Shown piece after piece: positions 8,802 to 17,071 of a stretch of DNA of 64,000 bases. Both the position numbers and the translations under genes were made by a program. The stretch is from Patescibacteria group bacterium (GTDB lineage Bacteria > Patescibacteriota > Microgenomatia > UBA10105 > UBA927): positions 103,362 through 167,361 of the forward strand of contig JAMCTH010000003.1 of assembly GCA_023379025.1 (NCBI GenBank), written 5' to 3'. How positions within the stretch are numbered: the stretch's first letter is position 1; every line of letters starts with the position of its first letter. The notes beneath the pieces were generated by a model, which saw only the letters and a list, made by a program, of their open reading frames with translations, had not been told where the DNA came from and searched no databases.

Positions 8802-11800
8802 TTAACTGCTTTCTACAACTGCTATTTCTTCCGTCGTTAGGCCGTAGAGTTTATAAACCAATTGGTCAATTTGCTTTTCGTATTCGATAACCTGTGATTG
8901 CTTAATGGAGTTTCGTAGATAATCCCTGTCTGTGGTAATGACTAGGATTTTATTGACCATACTGACAATCTTTTCTATGTTTATTTTATTTGTATTCTTA
9001 ATTGGGAAAAGTTCAATTTTATATTTTTTCCAACGGCTTGTGCCCATACCCGAACTTGTTGATATTTGCTCAAAATACCAGAGCCCAAGTTTTGAGTTTA
9101 AAATTCCTAGTAAATACTTAAGATTGTCACCCACCATAGCAAAGAGAGTCGCTTCGGCAATAAACCCTTTGTCATCATAAGTAAATTTTGGTTTATCAGA
9201 TAACTCTCCCCAAATAATTTTTGGTTTCTCAAATTCTTCAAAATAAACACAATTTCTAAGATTAGTCCAATGTGAGCCCTTATTGTGTCTAATTTCTAAT
9301 TTATCCCTGTACTGCGCTAAATGTTTATAAATTGCAGGGTAATTTTTCGCCACATCAATTCTTGGAAGCTTGCCTTTTATTCCGTTATGGCTATTTATTA
9401 GCCAGAGGTCTTGCCATTCATAATAATATTTTCCGACATCACGACCCCTCAACATTGGCTTAATTATTTCTGCACTTTTTGGGTCTACTTTAGTCAGTTT
9501 GTTTTTTGTCTCGGTGCTAATTACGAAAGCATCATTATAACCATTTAGAATACCTATATAAATTCGCTGGTTTAGTTGCTTTAGTGGGGTAGAATCTTTT
9601 TCTAGCTTTGCTCTAAGTGAAGCTGTTTCTAAATTGCTTATTATCCATCCGTTGTCATCAAGATTATCAAGAGTCACATAGTTATTGCTGAAATAACTAC
9701 TAATATCTACGTACCGGTTCGAGGTTAAATTAAAACTAAGTGCTCTAAGTTTATTTTGGAATACACTTTTTTCGAGGACAATTACATTACTCTCTACAAT
9801 AGCTGTATCGAATACTTGAGAATTCTCGAAATCAATTAGGATTAAAGGGTTGGTGTTTTCTTTAAAGTATTTTCTCAATAACGCACCATACTTTGTTTTC
9901 ATCCATGAGTTCGAACTGATATAAGAAAGTGTCCCCATATTTTTTAAAAGATTTACCCCTTTTTCATAAAACACACAATAAACGTCCGAAGATTTCGAAT
10001 AAGTCTTAAAATCCAACTTTGATAACTCTTGACTTACTTTTTTATTCTTTTGTAACTGAAAATAGGGTGGGTTAGCTATGACTACATCAAAACCACCGTT
10101 CTTTTCAAACACTTCGCTAAAATTAAGTTTCCAAAGGAAAAATGGCTTGATGTTTGCTTTTTTGAAGCGCTCGATTTCCGGCAAGAGAGATAATTTTTTC
10201 TGCTCCTTAACAGATGCCTCAATCAAATCCCAAGTTAAGTTTTCAATTTCTCTCTTGATTTCGTCTTTCTCAGTTTTGTGCGCAGTCTTAAAGAATTGAG
10301 CTTTGAGTTCTTGTAGTTGCTTGGTAATTCTCTCTGCCTCTGAGATAAGATCAAAGAAGTGTTGTTGTTCTAATTTTGCTTCGGACTCAAAAAGCTTAAT
10401 ACCCTCGTATTCCTCGAGTAAGCTATTGCCCTGCATAATTTTATAATCAAGGTTTGGCAGGGGTTTAATTTGCTTGATATCCTGCTCATCAACAATTAAA
10501 GAAAGCCACAAACGAAGTTTGGCTATTTCCACAGCTCCGGGGTCTATATCTACCCCGTACAGGCAGTTTTGAATGGCGTGGCGCTTGAAGTCATAGATAC
10601 TGCGGCCGTTATCCGATAGGTAATTGGTGAGGATGTTGCGAACTCTAATTACTTCGGTCATCATGCCGACCAAAAAGGCACCGGACCCAACCGCAGGATC
10701 GCAAACATGGATTTTTTCTAATTTTTCATCAAGAAGGTGTGCGTTGTCGCGAATACTTTGTGGAAGTCTAAAGTGATAGTCTTTTGTTTCCCGACCTTCA
10801 TTTATAACCCGTGCTTCGTGCTCAATGGCTGTTTCCCCTAAGCGGATGAGGGTTTCGATATCATCCCGTCTAACTTTGCCGTCTAATTCTGTGAGTAGAT
10901 AGTTAATTAAACTTTCCTGACACATATAGTGGACAATCTCACGCGGGGTGTAGTAAGTGCCTTTGGATTTGCGGTCTTTAACTTCCAAAAGGTTCTCAAA
11001 AACCTTTCCCAGCATCTCCGGATCAACGGCCACCTCACGCTCAAGCGGCTCATCTTCCTTAACCGTGAAGTTGTAGCGGTCAAAAACATCTAAAATCCCG
11101 TCTCCGGTGTCGCCCTCTTTGGTTTTCCTATTATTCGAAAAAAGCTCATCGGGTAAGCGAATATCGGTGTGCACCCAGTCATAGTTTCCAAGGGGATCAA
11201 AAAGTCCTCCGTTTAAGAAGGGAATTTTGCAGTTAAATTTGCTATAAAAATCATCTGTACGCTCAACGGCTAAGGCTTCGTAAAAAAGAGGTTCCAGGGT
11301 GTCGTTGAAGAAATTATCGTAAGGAGCTATCGTTTTTTCAAAAAGCCGGCGTAAAAAGTCTTTTGGACCCGTACCCCAAACGGCATCTCTGGCAACCCCA
11401 AACCAGCCCTTTTTTTGTAAAAAGTAAAGGAAAACAATCTGACCAAGAAGCTTTTTAGCAAAGTCGGTGGTGTCGATATTTTTCTCTTGGAAGTCAGATT
11501 TTATCTTGGCGTCTTTGGCAACCATCGCGTCGAGCGCCTCTTTGGTATCCAAAAACAGCTTTTTATACTTTTCAAAGAAGTCTTTGGTAACAACCTCAAC
11601 GCTGAAAGCTGACTCAAGATCACTAAGAGCGGGTTTAAAGTCCGTGTCTTTGAGAATTGGCAGAAGTTGTCTTTGAGCGGTGTGAGTGTTTTCGTTGGCG
11701 CCAACTAAAAAAGAAAAACGGCGAGCCGGGGTAAGCTCGGTTATGGCCTTTATCTTTCCGGCTTTTGACTCTCCCAAGTGATAATCCATCTTTACTAAGG

Positions 11801-12200
11801 AGAGCCGCCAATCGTCAGAGTCTTTGGTATAAAAAGCCACAAGCGCGGCGTCTTTGGCGATACCGCCTCGACTGCCGTTTAAGTACCAAGCAATAAAGTT
11901 TCTTTGCATGGTACGCGCCCGCTCTAAAGCGCTTTGTTTATTTAAACAAACTGCTAAGACTTCAATTTTATGGCCGTCAACGTCCTCATACTTACCCAGA
12001 CGTTCAAGCGTTTTTATATGTGAGTCGTAGGCGTCGGGTATGAGATTGCCTCGATAGATAAAAGTATCGGTATCTAGGAAGTGAAAGAGGTTTTTGGCAA
12101 AGATTAAAAAACGCTCCCTATCGAAGGGATTTTCAAAAGTGCTCTTAATCAGATTTAATGCCCACGTTTCATTCATGGATGTCTTCCTCCAATAACTCAA
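8802..12200 (-). CDS. Large gamma-class N6-adenine DNA methyltransferase, Eco57I / type IIG / PglX / DrmMI-like
   Basis: 1132 aa. Motif X-like GTYYTPREIVHYM, SAM-binding motif I VCDPAVGSGAFL and catalytic motif IV DVVIANPPY. About 400 aa N-terminal region and about 400 aa C-terminal putative target-recognition region, an architecture shared by type IIG/IIL enzymes and BREX/DISARM methylases. Confidence 0.85.
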   Translation of the reverse strand: MSYWRKTSMNETWALNLIKSTFENPFDRERFLIFAKNLFHFLDTDTFIYRGNLIPDAYDSHIKTLERLGKYEDVDGHKIEVLAVCLNKQSALERARTMQRNFIAWYLNGSRGGIAKDAALVAFYTKDSDDWRLSLVKMDYHLGESKAGKIKAITELTPARRFSFLVGANENTHTAQRQLLPILKDTDFKPALSDLESAFSVEVVTKDFFEKYKKLFLDTKEALDAMVAKDAKIKSDFQEKNIDTTDFAKKLLGQIVFLYFLQKKGWFGVARDAVWGTGPKDFLRRLFEKTIAPYDNFFNDTLEPLFYEALAVERTDDFYSKFNCKIPFLNGGLFDPLGNYDWVHTDIRLPDELFSNNRKTKEGDTGDGILDVFDRYNFTVKEDEPLEREVAVDPEMLGKVFENLLEVKDRKSKGTYYTPREIVHYMCQESLINYLLTELDGKVRRDDIETLIRLGETAIEHEARVINEGRETKDYHFRLPQSIRDNAHLLDEKLEKIHVCDPAVGSGAFLVGMMTEVIRVRNILTNYLSDNGRSIYDFKRHAIQNCLYGVDIDPGAVEIAKLRLWLSLIVDEQDIKQIKPLPNLDYKIMQGNSLLEEYEGIKLFESEAKLEQQHFFDLISEAERITKQLQELKAQFFKTAHKTEKDEIKREIENLTWDLIEASVKEQKKLSLLPEIERFKKANIKPFFLWKLNFSEVFEKNGGFDVVIANPPYFQLQKNKKVSQELSKLDFKTYSKSSDVYCVFYEKGVNLLKNMGTLSYISSNSWMKTKYGALLRKYFKENTNPLILIDFENSQVFDTAIVESNVIVLEKSVFQNKLRALSFNLTSNRYVDISSYFSNNYVTLDNLDDNGWIISNLETASLRAKLEKDSTPLKQLNQRIYIGILNGYNDAFVISTETKNKLTKVDPKSAEIIKPMLRGRDVGKYYYEWQDLWLINSHNGIKGKLPRIDVAKNYPAIYKHLAQYRDKLEIRHNKGSHWTNLRNCVYFEEFEKPKIIWGELSDKPKFTYDDKGFIAEATLFAMVGDNLKYLLGILNSKLGLWYFEQISTSSGMGTSRWKKYKIELFPIKNTNKINIEKIVSMVNKILVITTDRDYLRNSIKQSQVIEYEKQIDQLVYKLYGLTTEEIAVVESS

Positions 12201-13005
12201 TGCGCGTAGCGCGCATCAACGACCTCATTTGATCGATCGCTACCTGATTAAGTGAAGCTAACCGTTTATTTTGCGGCAGCCCCTCTTTTATTAAAAGAGC
12301 ATTCAATGATTCCAAATTTGTCAGACAAACAAGTTGCGCGGCAGTTGCATAATCACGAATATTTCCCGGTTTATGTGGATTGGTATCCCGCCACTCGGTA
12401 GCGGTTATGCCGAATAAAGCTTTGTTGAGCACGTCTGCTTCGCTGGCATAGATAAAATTTATTTGCTGTTGAGAGAGTACCGGAGGGATCAAATGAGCTT
12501 TTACAGCGTCTGTGTGTATTCTGTAATTGATTGCCGCTAAATTCCGTTTCAAATCCCAACCCAATTTTTTCTGCTCGATTTCTTCTTCCTTAAGTCTCTG
12601 AAATTCTTTAATGAGATAGATTTTAAATTCGGGGCTAATCCACATGCCAAATTCAAAAGCGATGTCTTTGTGAGCGTATGTGCCGCCATATCTTCCCGCC
12701 CTTGCTTTCAACCCGATAGCATTTGTTTTTCGAACCCAATCTTTGACGCTGATTTTGTAACTGTTTAGACCAGCCTGGCTTCTAATTATGGCGAATTCGC
12801 CATAATTAAACTGAGGATTATTAATCCGCTCCCAAATGCCCAAAAAATCAACGGTGTTCCTGTTTCTGAGCCAATCTGAAATGAAAAAGTCCCCGTCTTT
12901 GGCTTTAAGCATATCAGTGAGTGAAATATAGTCGCCCTCTTTTGTTTGGAATAAGGTTATTTGTCTGCCCTTGACCGTTAATTGTTTTGAACTAGATTTT
13001 TTCAT
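12169..13005 (-). CDS. KilA-N domain protein
   Basis: About 279 aa from MKKSSSKQ. Central YGGTYAHKDIAFEFGMWISPEFKIYLIKEF matches the KilA-N/APSES-type DNA-binding signature (GTWVHP.LA..FA.WLSP.F). The start lies 13 nt after the helicase stop and the stop overlaps the methyltransferase start. Confidence 0.65.
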   Translation of the reverse strand: MKKSSSKQLTVKGRQITLFQTKEGDYISLTDMLKAKDGDFFISDWLRNRNTVDFLGIWERINNPQFNYGEFAIIRSQAGLNSYKISVKDWVRKTNAIGLKARAGRYGGTYAHKDIAFEFGMWISPEFKIYLIKEFQRLKEEEIEQKKLGWDLKRNLAAINYRIHTDAVKAHLIPPVLSQQQINFIYASEADVLNKALFGITATEWRDTNPHKPGNIRDYATAAQLVCLTNLESLNALLIKEGLPQNKRLASLNQVAIDQMRSLMRATRIELLEEDIHE

Positions 13006-16000
13006 ATAAATATTCGGATAAAATGACTTCTCTTGGTCCGGCAACTTGTGCCGAACTTTCAGCCAATGTTTCTTTGAAAAACTCGCTTGGAATACCAAGT
13101 TTCAAAAGCGACAGCAATTTAAGCGGATTTTTATCTTTCTTGTATAGCTCGTCAAGATTTTTGATTAGTCTTTTGGTTGTGGACTTAGGCAAGGCGCCTT
13201 CTTCCAGACGAGCCATAACATTACGAAGGTAGAGCTCATCTTCTTCGGTATAGCCCTTGAAGTCTTTGACTTCCCGGGCCTTGAGAATGTTAAGAAGCTG
13301 GGCGCTGGTGTCACGGCCTCGTTTACCCTTAACTTCTTGGGCTTCTTCGGTTGTGGCCAAAACAAACGCCTGTTTATTTTTCGAAAGCAGTTTATAAAAA
13401 TCTTCTCCTACCGGTTCCCGTCCGGCTTCTTTGGCAACTTCCAGTTTTTGCGCGGCTGAAATAAAGTCAAGCTCCATCGAATCACCACTGGCAACAGCGA
13501 AGAATTTTTGCAGTTTGCCTTTTCTGAAATAAGTAAGTAAAGAATTGGTTTTATCGTCATCCTTATCAATTCTTGCGGTGCGGGCTTTTTTAGGCAGTCT
13601 TTTGATTTTTTCAAATAAGTCCGGGTTAGTATCCCTAATATCGCGAATGATTGAGAGGTATTTAAGATCGCTTTCTTCTTCCTCGTCCTCACCGGTAATA
13701 ACTTCTTTGGAAGTTAAGCGAATCCAAAGGTCGTGCGACTTAATTTCCTCGCCTTCGGTGAGAAGCCTGGCGTCTGCCCCAAGAAGTTCTATAAAAGCTT
13801 CGATTTTAGCTTCGGCCGCCTCTTTGAGTTTAATTTGGTCGTTTGACTGTTTAGTAGGGAAGAAATTAAACGTATATATTTTGTCAAAGGGAGTATCAAC
13901 GCGGTTAATGCGGCCTGTTCTTTGCATTAAACGGGTAGGATTCCAGGGAATGTCATAATTGATAACCACGTTGGACTGGTGAAGGTTGACGCCTTCTGAA
14001 AGTACCTCGGTGGTGACTAGAATCCGGTAATCGTCTTTGGGGAATCGGGCTCCCGCGTCAAAGTTCTCAATCACTTTCTCGCGCACGCTGGCTCCGGAGC
14101 TTCCATGAAACGAGAGCACTTGTTCGGGGAATTTAGTACTTAGGTTTTTCTCAAGGTATTGGGCGGTTTCTTTAGATTCGGTAAAAATAATAAGTTTACT
14201 CTCACCCAAAATTTTACGAGATAAGAGGATGTCTATAAATTTGGCCAGTTTAGGGTCCCCACTGACACGGCGCCAAAGCTTGGTGATATCTCTTAAAATG
14301 GCCAGGTCGTTTTCGAGATCAACTTTGAAAGAGTCTTCAAAGTCTTCTGATTTATAACGCTGGGCCATATCTTCATCTACCAGCCTTTGTATCGCGGCTT
14401 CGTCGTCCTGCTCCAAAAGCTCGAAGATTTTATTGATATGCTTTTTACTGACATAAACATTGCCTTTTTCAAACTCATCTAAAAACCGCTCGTATGAAGC
14501 GATAAACCTATCAAGCGTATTTCTGAACGCAAAGAAGCTACTTTCCAAGCGTTTAACCAAAAGGATTTTCATAAACTTACCCATGTTCTTCTGACCTTGT
14601 TTGTCTGCTTGAGATACGTCGCCTTTGTAGTAGGTAAGGGGCATGTAACGGGCGTATTTGAATTTTTGTGTTATAGACTCGATAGTTGTGGTAAAAATCG
14701 CATCTTCTTCTTTATCGAGCTGGTATAAAATCGGCTCCGGATCTGCGACATCGGGAAATTTGAGGTTTTGCTTTTCCAGGTCTTTACTAAAATAATTGAT
14801 AATTTCACTGCGGGTACGCCTAACCATCAGATATTTAAGGACTTTTTCTCTTATTTCCTTGGCATTATCACGAACGGTGTCGAGATACTCGGCGCGGTTT
14901 CGCTGACGGTCCAAGCCCTTAAGTCTTTTTTCCAGACTTGAGAAGAAGATTTCCAAGTTGGGAAGGTTAGGAATGGTACTTTTCTTGGGTTTTTGAAATA
15001 GCTTGATTTGGCTCAAGATATCTTTCGGCGAATTGTTATAAGGGGTAGCCGTAACTAAAATTACCCTTTTACCACGAGTAATCTGCGCTAGCTTCTCATA
15101 AGTAATGTTATCCTCGGTTCTGAAGCGGTGAGCCTCATCTACAAACACATTGCTGTATTTATCCGTGCCTCTTTCAATTAACTTTTCCAGCTTTCCCAGA
15201 GATTCAAAGTCGGCGGAGACTTTAAAGTCGGAAAAAACATTCGGCCAAGAGCCCGGATTGTTCTCATCCAAAAGAACCGGCGGCGCTATGACCAAGTTTC
15301 TGCCGTCGAGCTGGTTGGCCAGCATAGCGGCAATATAGGTTTTACCCAAACCCACAACGTCGGAGATGAAAACACCGCCGTATTCATCTAGGATTTTTTT
15401 AGCGTTGAGAACTGCTTGCTCCTGATATTCAAGTTTTTTGAATTTAACGGGGGTGTACTTGTAAAAAACGTCTCCGGTTTGACTGATCTGATCTTTGAAA
15501 TACTCATAAAGGAATTTGAGGTAAAGCTCATAGGGGGTGATGGTGTTATTCAGCCAAGTTTTGTTATTGACCGTTTCGATGTATTTTTCGGAGACATCAA
15601 CGGCGTCTTTCCAAAGCTGGTTAAACTTATCTTGGGCAAATCGGTAATCGGACGCAGTTTTAAGCTCAACATTAAATTCAAGATTATCAACCAAGCCTTT
15701 TTGCGAGAAATTGCTTGAGCCGGTGATAACACGGCCAATGTCTCGGTCTCCTTCTTTGAAAGTGATGATATAGAGCTTGGCATGGATGTTGGCGGTAGGA
15801 TAGGCCCTTATTTCCAGCTTTCCGCTTTTTATCCATTCGATAAACCTAGTTACACCCTGTTCTATGCTCTCGGCGTCCTCGGATTCTTCCAGCTCGGAGG
15901 CAATGAGAGTTGAAAATTCCTCTTTGGCTTCGGCATGCGAGAAGGTGAGCGATAGTTGTTCTTCTGCGGCCTTGATATTCTCAAGCGTTTCGCGTCCGGT

Positions 16001-16189
16001 GCCGATTCCTATTAAAATGCGGATTTTCTCGGTTTTCTCAAGAACCGGATAGAGCTTGTAAAACCCGCTGGTATAAAAATAGCCGACTAAACTATCGAAA
16101 AAACGAGCGTCTTTAATTAAAACCCTGAAGCGGTTTAAAAGGCTTATTTCTTTTTCGTTTGTTATAAACGTTAGGTCTGAAACTTGCAT
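12992..16189 (-). CDS. PLD-family nuclease domain fused to SNF2-family (SF2) helicase
   Basis: 1065 aa. N-terminal HxK PLD motif HAKLYIITF...GSSNFS. Then Walker A GLGKTYIAA, DEAH box VFVDEAHRFR, motif III VTATPYNNS and motif VI QRTGRINR. About 300 aa helical C-terminal tail of unknown function. Confidence 0.85.
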   Translation of the reverse strand: MQVSDLTFITNEKEISLLNRFRVLIKDARFFDSLVGYFYTSGFYKLYPVLEKTEKIRILIGIGTGRETLENIKAAEEQLSLTFSHAEAKEEFSTLIASELEESEDAESIEQGVTRFIEWIKSGKLEIRAYPTANIHAKLYIITFKEGDRDIGRVITGSSNFSQKGLVDNLEFNVELKTASDYRFAQDKFNQLWKDAVDVSEKYIETVNNKTWLNNTITPYELYLKFLYEYFKDQISQTGDVFYKYTPVKFKKLEYQEQAVLNAKKILDEYGGVFISDVVGLGKTYIAAMLANQLDGRNLVIAPPVLLDENNPGSWPNVFSDFKVSADFESLGKLEKLIERGTDKYSNVFVDEAHRFRTEDNITYEKLAQITRGKRVILVTATPYNNSPKDILSQIKLFQKPKKSTIPNLPNLEIFFSSLEKRLKGLDRQRNRAEYLDTVRDNAKEIREKVLKYLMVRRTRSEIINYFSKDLEKQNLKFPDVADPEPILYQLDKEEDAIFTTTIESITQKFKYARYMPLTYYKGDVSQADKQGQKNMGKFMKILLVKRLESSFFAFRNTLDRFIASYERFLDEFEKGNVYVSKKHINKIFELLEQDDEAAIQRLVDEDMAQRYKSEDFEDSFKVDLENDLAILRDITKLWRRVSGDPKLAKFIDILLSRKILGESKLIIFTESKETAQYLEKNLSTKFPEQVLSFHGSSGASVREKVIENFDAGARFPKDDYRILVTTEVLSEGVNLHQSNVVINYDIPWNPTRLMQRTGRINRVDTPFDKIYTFNFFPTKQSNDQIKLKEAAEAKIEAFIELLGADARLLTEGEEIKSHDLWIRLTSKEVITGEDEEEESDLKYLSIIRDIRDTNPDLFEKIKRLPKKARTARIDKDDDKTNSLLTYFRKGKLQKFFAVASGDSMELDFISAAQKLEVAKEAGREPVGEDFYKLLSKNKQAFVLATTEEAQEVKGKRGRDTSAQLLNILKAREVKDFKGYTEEDELYLRNVMARLEEGALPKSTTKRLIKNLDELYKKDKNPLKLLSLLKLGIPSEFFKETLAESSAQVAGPREVILSEYLYEKI

Positions 16190-16237
16190 GAGCTGATTAT
16201 ACGTCTAAAACCCGATGAGGTCGAGAGGGTTTAGAGG

Positions 16238-16771
16238 CTATTTACTCCAAATACCACGCTTCTTTTTCTGTGCTTCTTCTTGAGCTTTCAGTAATTCATC
16301 CTGATACTTCAGCTTTCTCCGATCCTGATAGATAGTAACTTTCACTAAGCCTTGTTTCGCAAGCTCCACCACTACATTTTTCCCTTCGATAAACGGATAG
16401 GCAAGCACCCTGCCGAACCGGTCTGACGTGTAGGCGTCATATTCAAACGTGACGGTTTTTCCCTGAACGAGTTTGATCATCGCTTTCGTTGCATCTTCCT
16501 CGAACGGTTGCCCGGAATCCGGAGCATTCACCCCGACAAATCGGACGATCTGACCATTTGCTAACTCTATAGTGTCGCCATCTATAACTCGTTTGACCGT
16601 TTCCTTTGCTGGAAGGTTCCGGATAGTGGTTGTTGAGACATTGGGTTGTTCGAGTATTGTTTTTACCTGTTGTTCATACTTTGTCCCACCAAGAAAGGAT
16701 AACAGAGCAACGAGGAGTGTTGCCGGCACTAAGACCAGTTTGTTGGTGTTGTACTTCGATTTTGCATTCAT
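16238..16771 (-). CDS. Thermonuclease (staphylococcal nuclease / SNase-like), membrane-anchored or secreted
   Basis: 177 aa. N-terminal TM helix, VIDGDTIEL...RFVGVNAPD catalytic motifs of the SNase fold, and a Lys-rich tail. Confidence 0.85.
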   Translation of the reverse strand: MNAKSKYNTNKLVLVPATLLVALLSFLGGTKYEQQVKTILEQPNVSTTTIRNLPAKETVKRVIDGDTIELANGQIVRFVGVNAPDSGQPFEEDATKAMIKLVQGKTVTFEYDAYTSDRFGRVLAYPFIEGKNVVVELAKQGLVKVTIYQDRRKLKYQDELLKAQEEAQKKKRGIWSK

Positions 16772-17058
16772 GGCGATTTGATAAGACTGGCAAACCGGAG
16801 TTTGTACAGGCTTTCCAGTAAATCAGATCCGGCGTATCCAGCCAAAAGTGACATCCGCCAATCGACGTTCATGATGAGTCCTGACATAAGACCGACGAGC
16901 ATGGATACCAAAATGGTGAATCCGAATTGCTTCCAGGAGAACTGAAATGTTTTGGGGTCAAACTCCTTGGCTTTAGTGATACCAACTAGTCCACGCACAA
17001 AGCCGCCAGTAGCACCGGCAATGGCCTGTCCAATAATAGTCCCGACCATAATTTCCAC
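16768..17058 (-). CDS. Small membrane protein (2 TM), unknown function
   Basis: 96 aa, Gly/Ala-rich TM helices. Overlaps the nuclease start by 4 nt (translationally coupled). Confidence 0.4.
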   Translation of the reverse strand: MEIMVGTIIGQAIAGATGGFVRGLVGITKAKEFDPKTFQFSWKQFGFTILVSMLVGLMSGLIMNVDWRMSLLAGYAGSDLLESLYKLRFASLIKSP

Positions 17059-17071
17059 CCCCTTTCTGTAG

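Larger units (their letters stand above)
6422..16235. other. AT-rich genomic island (candidate defense island) inserted immediately 3' of tRNA-Glu
   Basis: Base composition shifts abruptly from GC-rich flanks to AT-rich (especially 7.4-16.2 kb). All seven genes lie on the minus strand with overlapping or abutting ends. The island starts at the first base after the tRNA. Confidence 0.7.

Noticed and set aside
16190-16240. Possible direct repeat of the tRNA-Glu 3' end marking the far boundary of the island (att site)
   Set aside because: Only a weak resemblance (GGGTTTAGAGG vs GGGTTCGAATC). I cannot support an attR site. The island boundary is defined by composition and gene content only.
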